DNA of 64,000 nucleotides from contig CALWOU010000004.1 of NCBI GenBank assembly GCA_944383245.1, positions 888 through 64,887 of the forward strand, read 5' to 3'. How positions within the stretch are numbered: position 1 is the first letter of the stretch; each line of letters opens with the position of its first letter. The position numbers and the translations under genes were made by a program. The notes below the pieces were generated by a model. It made no database searches and was not told where the DNA came from. It was given only the letters and a program-made list of their open reading frames with translations. This document shows, piece after piece, positions 1 to 9,499 of this stretch. Source of the DNA: an uncultured Clostridia bacterium (GTDB lineage Bacteria; Bacillota; Clostridia; Christensenellales; UBA1242).

Positions 1-158
1 AAAGCTTGCTTTTTAATTTCAAAATTTCTACCAAACAAAATAACATCTTTATCTAAAATGTCTAATATATTTTTTCTAGTTAAATACAAAATGATTACCG
101 CAAAGATTGAAACAAACAATCCAGCAACACCGCCCCACATAGCAATAGTTTCCCACAT
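1..158 (-). CDS. Small membrane-anchored hypothetical protein (3' end runs off the window)
   Basis: ATG at 158 after GGGGGA RBS; reads MWETIAMWGGVAGLFVSIFAVIILYLTRKNILDILDKDVILFGRNFEIKKQA with no stop to the window edge; one hydrophobic helix. Confidence 0.6.
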   Translation of the reverse strand, partial: MWETIAMWGGVAGLFVSIFAVIILYLTRKNILDILDKDVILFGRNFEIKKQA

Positions 159-337
159 AATATCCCCCTTAATACATTCTTATTATAACAAAATAATTTA
201 AATTTAACAAATTATTTTATAGTAAAAATAATTATTTCACACTTTTAATTAAAATTCTAATAAATTGCTATGCTTACAGAAAAACACTTTCAATATTTTT
301 ATTAATTACCTATTTTTAATATCAGAAGGATTTATCT

Positions 338-470
338 GGAAGCGCCGAAGGTGAATGCAGCAAATTTTAAAGTTGAGATATTAAAGTATAAACTATGTAA
401 TGTTAAAATTTTGCTATCGCAAAATTTTATGTTTGTTTACACATTCACCACAATAAATTGTGGCATTCCG
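338..470. repeat. Dispersed palindromic (REP/MITE-like) intergenic element
   Basis: Nested inverted repeats GGTGAATG...CATTCACC and AAAATTTTGC-tatc-GCAAAATTTT, plus CCACAAT-aaa-TTGTGG; internal 25-mer 387-411 is identical to 63976-64000. Confidence 0.5.
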
Positions 471-543
471 CTTGAATTATAATATACTCAAGTCACATCA
501 CAGTTTGATTTAAAAACCTTTAAAAATAAAATTTCTATTTTAC

Positions 544-572
544 TTGACAAAATAAATGAAGTCTGCTACAAT
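544..572 (+). promoter_or_regulatory. Sigma-A promoter of tRNA-Leu
   Basis: TTGACA(544-549)-17 bp-TACAAT(567-572) with TG extended -10. Confidence 0.7.
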
Positions 573-678
573 CTCTTTTGTTAATTTCATTTGATAAAAT
601 TTTTACACAAAATGAAATTAAATGCCAACACTATTAGAAATATACTGCAAACAACGAATGATTTAATATCTTAAATAT

Positions 679-763
679 GCGGATATGGCGGAATTGGCAG
701 ACGCGCAAGACTAAGGATCTTGTGGGTAACACCTTGCAGGTTCAAGTCCTGTTATCCGCACCA
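679..763 (+). tRNA. tRNA-Leu, anticodon AAG (A34), CCA encoded
   Basis: GCGGATA/TATCCGC acceptor stem, GGCGGAATTGGCAGACGC D-arm, anticodon arm CAAGA-CT-AAG-GA-TCTTG, long variable arm, GGTTCAAGTCC T-loop, ends ACCA. Confidence 0.95.
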
Positions 764-783
764 GAGAAGCATAAAACGAACCT
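755..783 (+). other. attL (core TCCGCACCA + element arm ending ACGAACCT)
   Basis: Core shared with 13022-13030; 776-783 is the reverse complement of 13000-13007. Confidence 0.8.
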
Positions 784-820
784 TGAAGAAAACTCAAAAT
801 CAAAGTTCGTTTTATTTTTT
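772..820 (+). terminator. Element-supplied hairpin terminator after tRNA-Leu
   Basis: TAAAACGAAC...GTTCGTTTTA stem followed by a T run. Confidence 0.55.
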
Positions 821-864
821 AATAAAGAATATTTTGGATTGAAGATGGAATATTAAACATCAAA

Positions 865-890
865 AAAGGATAATTTTAAAATTATCCTTT
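865..890. terminator. Perfect 26-bp palindrome, likely bidirectional terminator at the end of the defence operon
   Basis: AAAGGATAATTTTAAAATTATCCTTT is self-complementary and sits 5 bp past the stop at 895. Confidence 0.65.
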
Positions 891-894
891 CATT

Positions 895-2496
895 TTATTT
901 TTTTATCATTTCAATAATATTCAATGGTTTTGCAATAATTGTTGTACCATCTGGAGTTTTGCCAGTAGCAAAAACTGTATTCCAAAATTCATAATTATTT
1001 TTACCGCCAAATACAGTCGCGGACATAGAACGATCTCTCCAAATTGGCATATTTTTTAGATTAATAACAAAAGTTCTTATATTATCCCATAAAGTATCTG
1101 AAAATTTTTGTTGAAGCAAATTATCTTTATCATACATGACACCAGAATAAGCAAAATGATTATTTATTAGCAGTTCTATATATTTCAACCAGTTATACAT
1201 AATTTCTTCTTTGAACAATCTATACGCAATAAGATGGTCATCTGGAATTGAATCGCCCTTTCCTGCAACAATACTATTTTCTATTCTATATGTACCAATA
1301 TTATCATCATATTTATCAATTAAAATTTCTTCAGCTAAAATATTACATAAATGAATTGCTTGTTCTCTTTCAAGCATTCTAGGATTCAATCCTTCATCTA
1401 ATTTATAATCCATTGGAGTTGTTAATATTGTCTTCGCATTTATAAATCTTGATAAAAATGTTTTTTCAAAAGTACTATAAGATAAAGGCAATTCATTTCC
1501 TCTACCTTCAAAATTAATATATGATTGCAATTTATTTTCATTTGTTCTTGTTATTGTATTTTTTTGGCTATTTATAATGTATAATTTTACATTACCTTTT
1601 TCACCTTTAAAATAATCAACCAATTTTTGTTCAGAAAAGGATAAATCATCTTCATTAAGGTTATTTTCTTCTCTATATCTTTGAATTCTACTAGCATATA
1701 ATTAATCATGTAATTGCCTTACTATTGCCTTATCAAAAGCTATTTGTTTCAGTTGTTTTCCCGCATTCAAATTTGTAGTCATTAATTTATCAAAATCTGA
1801 ATCAATAAATAAACGTACAACAATTTTTGTTACTCCCAACATAATTTGCGCAACTGTTTTATGTTGTCCATCAAAAATTTTAATTTTGTTATCATCAATT
1901 CTTGCTAAACTTATCTGCAGTTGTGGATTAGGTTTATAAAATTCTTTTATTAGTAAATTAACAGATTTATTTAATCCTCTTGGATTTAAATCATCGTCAT
2001 GATACAAATATTCAAGAGGAACTTCAATAAATGCAGTTTTTTCTCCAGATAAAACATCTTTATAAATGGTAGACTTCTTTATTTCTACATCCCCTATTTC
2101 GTCAAAAGAATATAATAAATCATTATTTTTGATCTTACACTTAAAATCATATTTAGATCCATTGAATACTTTTAAAACGTGTTTTAAAGATGCAGTCTCG
2201 CCATTATTTTCTGCTTCCTGTATTATTTTTTCAAGCTTGAGTATTTTTTTTGCGACAATTAAGTCGGCATCCTGTTTCGTTTTGTTGCAATGTTCATGTG
2301 TAATAGCAAAATTCATCAATTCGTCTTTACCATTATTGGCTAATGGTTTTATATGGTCAATATTTGTATTATTTAAATCTATATCAATCTCTTGCTCGCA
2401 AATAAAGCATTTATGATTTTGAATATCCCACAATTTTCGACTTAATTTATCATATTCTTTTTTATTTAATGAATCTAAATATTTCGAATTACCCAT
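895..2496 (-). pseudogene. HNH endonuclease + ParB/Srx-like (DGQH) domain protein interrupted by a single in-frame TAA
   Basis: ORFs 1702-2496 and 895-1623 are in one frame (1602 bp total); the linker reads HD*LYASRIQRYREENNLNEDDLSFSEQKLVDYF; N-terminal CxxC...DHIKP...HEHCN HNH motif; central NPR...IFDGQHK motif. Confidence 0.8.
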
Positions 2497-2515
2497 ATTC
2501 GTCTTTTCTCCTTTA

Positions 2516-3088
2516 TTAATGCATTGTTATATTTATTAAATTTAATGTTTTTAATCTATAGCGTAAAGCGGATTCTGATACTCCATAGCGTTCTATTAAA
2601 TATTTACAAATGGTAGCCCATATTTTATAATTGCTTTTAGTTATACAAAATGGGGTGGTACATGAGCCTTTGTTTAAACGATATAACATGCTTGTTACTG
2701 CTCGGATTACTTTTTCTTCAGGCATAAGTAAACAAGTTGCAAAATAATCTGCCTCATATTCTATAGGGTCTTTATTTGAACATTCTTCGTTTATGGCAGT
2801 ATCTACATGCGATTTTAGTTGATGACCTAAAAAATAATGTCCAAGTTCGTGTGCTATTGTGAAATTTTTCCTGCCAACATTATCCATATTTGAATTTATT
2901 ATAATATATTTTTGCTCATTTGTTGCTTTTGTAAAAACTCCAGCAAATTTATATGGATTAGATTTAATTTCTCTATATTTTATATTTTCACTTTCACATA
3001 TTTTATTAAATTGTTTATGTGCACCGCCTCTTGAAACATATTTATTTAATATTTCATTTGCCAATTTTTCAATTTCACTTCTTGTCAT
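2516..3088 (-). CDS. ImmA/IrrE-family Zn metallopeptidase
   Basis: RKNFTIAHELGH (HExxH) and EYEADYFATCLLMP motifs, C-terminal VSESALRYRL HTH; ATG at 3088 overlaps the hsdS stop (ORF track extends to 3106). Confidence 0.9.
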   Translation of the reverse strand: MTRSEIEKLANEILNKYVSRGGAHKQFNKICESENIKYREIKSNPYKFAGVFTKATNEQKYIIINSNMDNVGRKNFTIAHELGHYFLGHQLKSHVDTAINEECSNKDPIEYEADYFATCLLMPEEKVIRAVTSMLYRLNKGSCTTPFCITKSNYKIWATICKYLIERYGVSESALRYRLKTLNLINITMH

Positions 3089-4520
3089 CTTCATCCATCG
3101 CATCATATATTTGTTTTAAAATTTCTTCATCAGCATTACCGCGGAGAGCATATCCTTGCATTTGTTTCCATTGATTAAATCCATCAAGATAAGGTATTGT
3201 AATAACTTGTTTACTTTCGCTATCCAATTTCTCGTTTTCCTCTTTAAATGTCACTTGTCCGTTCATAAGAAGCGGTAACAAGAAATCACGCAAAGAAGAT
3301 AATTCTTGATTTTCTTTTCTATTTTTATTCAACTTTTCTATTAAACCAGTAACTAAATTGGCATATTTTATCAAAATATCATCACTTGGTTCAATTATAG
3401 GAAATAAATTCAAATCTTCCTCATTTATTCCTTCTTGTGTAGAGCCACCTGAACGATAATCCTTTAATTTTTCAAAGTATTTTGAAGATATAAAGCCTAC
3501 AATATAAGGAAAAGAATTTTCACCACATTGCAACCCCATAAAACCAGTTGAAATAACATATTTATCTATCATCCAATTATCACTCTTTGAGATAAAAATA
3601 TGCTTTATACTGTTTTTCATCTTTGCAAACCATACAGAATTTAATGTTGATTGCATATTTGCTCGTCCTTCTCTATTCTCATAATCTACTACATTTCCAT
3701 CAATAATATCATTACCAATTACATTTGCGGTAGCCAAATAGATTTTTTTTGAAAAATACTCTACACCTTGTTTTATAATTGAGAATAATCTTGAATTTTT
3801 TAATGTTTTTACTTCCCAGCCTTCGGGAATTTCTCGTTTTAATTGCTCATTATAAACCATTTTGCCACCTGATGATTTATAAGGTCTGCCTTCTTCGTTT
3901 GGAAATTCAAATTGCAAAAACCAATAATCGTAAATTATCTTTGCTAATGCTTCAAGTTTTTCATTATTTTTTTTGTTTATTTCAATTTTTTTATCAATAG
4001 GTTTCAAAATTGATACAATTTTTTCTTGGATATCTTTTGGATAATCTATGACTAATGTATTACGAATCGCTTCCATTGTAATATTTGGCTGTGCAGAACC
4101 CTGTTTACTTTGAAATAAATAACTTTGCCCTATCGGGCTTTGTAAATAATATTTTAAATATTCTAAATCAAAATAATCATCTATTAATTCTATTTTTGCA
4201 ATATTGCTAGCTAAATGACAATCATAAGGATGATAAAAAATGCCAACCTCACCTAAATTGCTCCCAACATAAGGAACTAATATACATCTCTTTGTTAGTT
4301 TACTTCTAATTAAATGATCTGAAATTTCTTTTTTTATGTACCAATCATATTGTTCTACAAAATTACCATCTCTAATGTTTTTGCCTTGAACTAATGGTAT
4401 ATCGCTATCATTTCTTTTATTAACTGTTTGATTATGTTGTATATATTCAGAATGTTCAAACCCTGCAAGTTTAGTAACAAAAACATGAAGACCTAATAAT
4501 TCATATTTAATATTACTCAT
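3075..4520 (-). CDS. hsdS: Type I R-M specificity subunit with an extra 55-aa C-terminal tail
   Basis: Two TRDs with conserved spacers (GSAQPNI...IDKKIEINKK...IPEGW; LRDFLLPLLMNGQV); overlaps hsdM stop. Confidence 0.93.
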   Translation of the reverse strand: MSNIKYELLGLHVFVTKLAGFEHSEYIQHNQTVNKRNDSDIPLVQGKNIRDGNFVEQYDWYIKKEISDHLIRSKLTKRCILVPYVGSNLGEVGIFYHPYDCHLASNIAKIELIDDYFDLEYLKYYLQSPIGQSYLFQSKQGSAQPNITMEAIRNTLVIDYPKDIQEKIVSILKPIDKKIEINKKNNEKLEALAKIIYDYWFLQFEFPNEEGRPYKSSGGKMVYNEQLKREIPEGWEVKTLKNSRLFSIIKQGVEYFSKKIYLATANVIGNDIIDGNVVDYENREGRANMQSTLNSVWFAKMKNSIKHIFISKSDNWMIDKYVISTGFMGLQCGENSFPYIVGFISSKYFEKLKDYRSGGSTQEGINEEDLNLFPIIEPSDDILIKYANLVTGLIEKLNKNRKENQELSSLRDFLLPLLMNGQVTFKEENEKLDSESKQVITIPYLDGFNQWKQMQGYALRGNADEEILKQIYDAMDEDDKK

Positions 4521-6132
4521 ACTTCAACTCCTTAAGACTGCTTTTTATCTCATCTTCAAGAGTTTTGCCTTCAGCGAACAACTTTTCTAAACTAGTTGTA
4601 TATTCTTGTATTTTTTTATTAAACTCTTCTTCAGTGATATCAATATACTCAATTTTAACATCAAAGTATTGTCCTGCAGACAATGAATATCTTTCTTTCA
4701 ATTTATCATAAGAAACAACAACTGAAAACTCATCTTTTGCTTCTTCATTGATAAAAGTATTCACAATTAAATCTATTTCATCATCTGTTAATCTTTTCTT
4801 TTTAAGTCCATCTTCTTGATAATCTTCGCCTAATTTTGATGCGTCAATCAAAACAACATTTTCATGATTTCTTGCGTTATCAAAGAATAATACTGAAACA
4901 TTAGTCCCTGTATTTGCAAATACATTTGATGGCATGCTAATACAGCCATAAACAATTTTATCATCTATAATTTTATGCAATATATTTTTTTCAACACCAG
5001 AAGATGCTGTTATAAAACCAGTTGGGACAACAATAGCACCTTTACCTGTATTCGGCTTTAAAGAATTGATAACATGTTGAATAAAGCAGGTGTAAATTGC
5101 CATGCTAGATTTCTTTTTAGCAGGCACTTTTGGTACACCTGCCCAAAATCTTACAGGCATTGCTGCAATTTTTTCTCGTGTATCTGAGAAATCCATTTTA
5201 AATGGCGGATTTGACACAACAAAATCAAATTGTTTTAAAGATTGTCCATCATCACTTTTATGATACGGATTTGTTAAGGTATCACCTTGTATTGCATGGT
5301 CTAGTGAAGAGATGAGTCCATTAAGAATCAGATTTAATTTTAGCATTTTATTGCTTCGCTGTGAAATATCTTGCGAAAAAATAGTACATTTATCTTCTCC
5401 AATTTGATGAGCAAGTGCCATCAATAATGTTCCCGTTCCAGCTGATGGGTCATAACATTCTATATTATGAAATTCTTTCTGCTTACCAACTAAAAGCCTA
5501 GCCATAATTGTAGCAATTGAATGTGGAGTATAATATTCTGCATATTTACCGCCACCTGCTGTGTTGTAATCTTTTATTAAATATTCAAAAATTGCCGCAA
5601 AAAAGTCATAGTGTTGTGAAAACGCATCTTCAAACGAAAAGTTTACCAATTTATCAACTAATGCTCTAGCAAATGATGCTCGTTGTGATGCATCTGTCAC
5701 ATAATTTGTTAATGGCTCAAACAATGCTATACTTGTATTTTCAGTAGTATGAGTGGCGAATATATCTGCATTCTTCTCAGCAATATCAACCATTGTTCTA
5801 TCAAATATTAATTCAAAATCACCTTTTGCTTGCTGATTCCACAAAAATGAAATCAAATGTTGCGGTTGTAACCTAGGAACATCAACCATTGAATCAAGTA
5901 ATTTGTTTCTTTCTTCTTCTGATAATTCACTGTAAGCAATTTCCCATTTGTCTGCTTTTGCTATTTTAGAATTTAATTTCTTTATCTCATATCCAAATTT
6001 ATCGTTTAAAAATTTATACAAAAACACTTGTGTTATAATTTTATATTCATTACCATCGTTTCCCAATCCATAGGTTTGACAAGTTGCTTTTAAATCATCA
6101 ATCAACTTTATTGTATTTTCTTTTATATCCAT
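4513..6132 (-). CDS. hsdM: Type I R-M N6-adenine methyltransferase
   Basis: EYYTPHSI, YDPSAGTGTLL (motif I), VSNPPF (motif IV). Confidence 0.96.
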   Translation of the reverse strand: MDIKENTIKLIDDLKATCQTYGLGNDGNEYKIITQVFLYKFLNDKFGYEIKKLNSKIAKADKWEIAYSELSEEERNKLLDSMVDVPRLQPQHLISFLWNQQAKGDFELIFDRTMVDIAEKNADIFATHTTENTSIALFEPLTNYVTDASQRASFARALVDKLVNFSFEDAFSQHYDFFAAIFEYLIKDYNTAGGGKYAEYYTPHSIATIMARLLVGKQKEFHNIECYDPSAGTGTLLMALAHQIGEDKCTIFSQDISQRSNKMLKLNLILNGLISSLDHAIQGDTLTNPYHKSDDGQSLKQFDFVVSNPPFKMDFSDTREKIAAMPVRFWAGVPKVPAKKKSSMAIYTCFIQHVINSLKPNTGKGAIVVPTGFITASSGVEKNILHKIIDDKIVYGCISMPSNVFANTGTNVSVLFFDNARNHENVVLIDASKLGEDYQEDGLKKKRLTDDEIDLIVNTFINEEAKDEFSVVVSYDKLKERYSLSAGQYFDVKIEYIDITEEEFNKKIQEYTTSLEKLFAEGKTLEDEIKSSLKELKYE

Positions 6133-6148
6133 TTTTTATTTTTTCTCC

Positions 6149-9100
6149 TTATGCTACCATATATGTCGCATGGTATTGGTCTAAATATTGTTTTGCAACT
6201 CTTTGTAAAATAAAAATTCTATCATTTCTATTGTTTTCGATATGCATTTCGTCTAGTCCGAGAGTAACTTGAGCCAAAACTGTCTTTTCAAAATAGGCGT
6301 CTTGTTTCAATATATCATTTCTGTCATACACTTTTTGATCTACGACTTTCTTTATATTTGATAGAACATCAAATATAGTCTCATCATATTCTGAGATAAT
6401 TATTTGACCTCCACTAACTTTGCGCCTTTCATTTTCTTCTTTAATTCTTTTATGAACTCTCGCGAATTTAGCATCGCCATTATATTTCTTTGCTAATATT
6501 TTATTTTTCTTTTGCAATTCATTTAACTTATCTAAAATTTCATTTAATGCTTTTGATTGTTCATTAAAATGAGCAATGCTATCAATAACAAATCCTCGCT
6601 CCTTAAATCTTTGGAAAAATGCTTCCCTTAAAGTAATATATTCAGGGTCATCCTGATCTAAATTATCAACAAAGCCGCCAATAACTTTCTTCCATAAATC
6701 ATTTAATTCTTCCTTTTGACTTGTCGCAATACGAAGTTCTTCTTCTCCAATCTTATTAAAGTTAAAAGTTATATCTTGCATAGCCTCATTAACTATTTGT
6801 TGAGTTGTATCATCATTAAATATTTCTTTTTGATTAATATAATTTATATGATTTTGAACTTCAGCCAGCATTGGAGTTAAATTTGCAATATTTAAATGGC
6901 TAAAAGCTTCTTTCAAGTCATCATCACCAAATGTTCTAACAATATTTATACAATCTCTTGCTGAAATCAAAACTTTTTTAAGTTTTAGTAATTCATCTTT
7001 ATCTTCTATAGTTGATATCTCAGAACTAAATTCTTCTAAATTGTCTATTGTATAATTAAATAATACCTGTCTTACATCTTTCATCTGCTTAATTAGAGCA
7101 TCTTTATCTTCTATAATTTGATTAAATGTGTCGGTGACATTATCTTTACCAACTTCTTCTGGATCATTGAACCTGTTCAATTCCATCAAATAGGCTTGAT
7201 TTGTTTCATCAAAGTTCTTTTTTATGTCGGCAAAATCAACAACATAACCATATCTATTGTCTTTATATGGACGATTCACACGAGTTAGTGCTTGTAGTAA
7301 ATTGTGATCTTTTAATTTTCTTCCTAGATACATTCTTTTTAATCTTGGAGCATCAAATCCAGTCAACAACATATTATAAACAATAAGAATGTCTATTGTC
7401 ATATTTTTCTTAAAGTCTGTAATAATTTGTTTTCTTGTTTCTTTATCATCGCTATCAAATAGTACTATTCCTGCTTTAAAATCGCTTTGCAGTGATGGTG
7501 ATTGCAAATTTAACTCTTGCTGAATTTCATCAAAATAAGCAAATAATTTTCTAGCCTGCTCACTTGTCTCACATACAATCATACCACCAAGTGTATCATC
7601 ACCGCGAATTATACGGAATTTTTTCAAGTCAGTTATTATATATCTCAACAGTTCTTTAACATAATTATCATGTTCTATTATTTGGTTTCTTCTAACATCC
7701 TTCTTTTGTACAAGTGTTTCAAGCCGTTCATATATTTGTGATAACTTTTCTCTGTATGAAGTTTCAATATCTTCACGAATGAGTTTTAAAGTATAACCAT
7801 CTTGAATTGATTTATCGTAATAGTATGTATGATAATATTCGCCAAACACTTTCCAAGATGCTCTTTCTTCTTTTAGTAATGGTGTTCCTGTTAATGCAAT
7901 TTTAATAGAATCTTTATCAGCATCAAAAAGATTAGCAAGAAAGGTCCCTTTGGGATTGTAACCTCTATGAGCTTCATCTATTATAAAAATGCGTTGCAAA
8001 TTGGTTGCATAAGATGGAATATTAACTTTTTCTGTATCCTCTTCAAATTTTTGAATATTTACAACAGTAATTTCATCTCTGCCGCTTGTACTTTCCTGTG
8101 CCTGTTGAGTTCTAAATTGTTCCATCAACTCCGTTCTTGTATTTGCAGTTTTAACAACAAGACCTCTTGCTTCAAATTCTTGCGATGCTTGTTCAAGCAA
8201 ATCTAATCTATCAACAATGAAATAGAATTTTGCAACTTTATTTTGTTTAGCAAAATAATCTTTTAAAACATTCGTTAAATGATATGACAATGCTGTTTTA
8301 CCACTTCCTTGTGTGTGCCATATAACACCTGAACACATACCATTATTAATTTTATCACGAACAATCATTGATGCAAAAAATTGTTGATATCGCATAATAT
8401 GTTTCTCGTCTGTAGATTCTAAAACTCCATCAACCTCGCGTTCCATTTTAACATAAGCGATACCATATTTAATTAAAAACAAAAATCTTTCAGGAGAACA
8501 CATTGAAGTAATAATTCTATTTGTCGGTGTGTTTATATTAAGATTAGTTTGATATTCTATTGAATGGTGTATAACTTGGCAATTATAATCAGTTAAAATT
8601 TTCTCTTCTAAATTTTTATCAATATCAAGATAATTAAAATTTTTGATAAATGGTGCTACACTATCATTTAATTTGTTTTCCTCACGAAAACAATTGAATT
8701 TAGCTTCTTTTCTTGCTGTCGTACAATAAAAAGCACCTTGGATAGGAACTATTCCACCTTCGGCATCATATTCCATATTATTCGAAAATATCATTAATTG
8801 GGTTATATTTAAAAATCTTCTAAATTTTCTATTAGGGAACCTTAAATCATTCATTCGCTTACTTTCAGTTAACATTCCACCATTATTATTAGGCTTTTTT
8901 ACTTCTATAAAACATAGTGGCAATCCGTTCACAAAAAGTGTAATATCTGGGCGAAATTCTTCCTGATCTCTTTTGCAAGTAAATTCGCCGGTAAAATGAA
9001 ACACATTATTCTTTGGATTGTCAAAATCTACTAATTTATATGGCGACAAGGATACCAATTTTTTATAAAAACTTTTTCCCAAATCATCATAATCTAATTC

Positions 9101-9322
9101 AGTAACTATATCATGCAAAACTTGATCTGCCTTACCTGCATTGTTTGGATTTAATTTTGCAAATTGATTTTTAAAAACATCAATTAAAATATTAGTATTT
9201 TGCTCATAAATACTACCAGTATCTTCTTCATGAATTTTCCCAAAATATTTATATCCAATTCTTGTCAAATGAACCATAGCGGGGATTTGAACACGCGTGG
9301 CTTCATTAAATTTTACTTCCAT
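6149..9322 (-). CDS. hsdR: Type I R-M restriction subunit
   Basis: RPDITLFVNGLPLCFIEVKK nuclease motif, HTQGSGKT Walker A, IDEAHR, TGTP, MLLTGFDAP, QALTRVNR helicase motifs. Confidence 0.96.
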   Translation of the reverse strand: MEVKFNEATRVQIPAMVHLTRIGYKYFGKIHEEDTGSIYEQNTNILIDVFKNQFAKLNPNNAGKADQVLHDIVTELDYDDLGKSFYKKLVSLSPYKLVDFDNPKNNVFHFTGEFTCKRDQEEFRPDITLFVNGLPLCFIEVKKPNNNGGMLTESKRMNDLRFPNRKFRRFLNITQLMIFSNNMEYDAEGGIVPIQGAFYCTTARKEAKFNCFREENKLNDSVAPFIKNFNYLDIDKNLEEKILTDYNCQVIHHSIEYQTNLNINTPTNRIITSMCSPERFLFLIKYGIAYVKMEREVDGVLESTDEKHIMRYQQFFASMIVRDKINNGMCSGVIWHTQGSGKTALSYHLTNVLKDYFAKQNKVAKFYFIVDRLDLLEQASQEFEARGLVVKTANTRTELMEQFRTQQAQESTSGRDEITVVNIQKFEEDTEKVNIPSYATNLQRIFIIDEAHRGYNPKGTFLANLFDADKDSIKIALTGTPLLKEERASWKVFGEYYHTYYYDKSIQDGYTLKLIREDIETSYREKLSQIYERLETLVQKKDVRRNQIIEHDNYVKELLRYIITDLKKFRIIRGDDTLGGMIVCETSEQARKLFAYFDEIQQELNLQSPSLQSDFKAGIVLFDSDDKETRKQIITDFKKNMTIDILIVYNMLLTGFDAPRLKRMYLGRKLKDHNLLQALTRVNRPYKDNRYGYVVDFADIKKNFDETNQAYLMELNRFNDPEEVGKDNVTDTFNQIIEDKDALIKQMKDVRQVLFNYTIDNLEEFSSEISTIEDKDELLKLKKVLISARDCINIVRTFGDDDLKEAFSHLNIANLTPMLAEVQNHINYINQKEIFNDDTTQQIVNEAMQDITFNFNKIGEEELRIATSQKEELNDLWKKVIGGFVDNLDQDDPEYITLREAFFQRFKERGFVIDSIAHFNEQSKALNEILDKLNELQKKNKILAKKYNGDAKFARVHKRIKEENERRKVSGGQIIISEYDETIFDVLSNIKKVVDQKVYDRNDILKQDAYFEKTVLAQVTLGLDEMHIENNRNDRIFILQRVAKQYLDQYHATYMVA

Positions 9323-9431
9323 TTTTCTTCTCCATCTATAATTTAATTAATTATAACATAAATTTTTATATTTTTACATAGTTTTTTATAAGGTTTTAGC
9401 AAATAATTATAAAAAATTTTCAAAAATGAGA

Positions 9432-9499
9432 TTCTGGCGTGTGCTTGTCTTGATACAAGTGGCGTCGCTAAAGCTCCGCCAGACAAGCACACGCCAGAA
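9432..9499. repeat. Perfect 19-bp inverted repeat; left arm belongs to a 28-bp motif repeated at 11274 and 11310
   Basis: TTCTGGCGTGTGCTTGTCT (9432-9450) / AGACAAGCACACGCCAGAA (9481-9499). Confidence 0.85.

Noticed and set aside
330-365. GCGCCGAAGG resembles the glycine riboswitch core
   Set aside because: The other conserved elements (GGAGA, CTCTCAGG) are missing and no downstream metabolic gene lies on that strand
1702-1704. Programmed readthrough or recoding of the internal stop
   Set aside because: The stop is TAA, not TGA/TAG, and neighbouring genes terminate at standard stops
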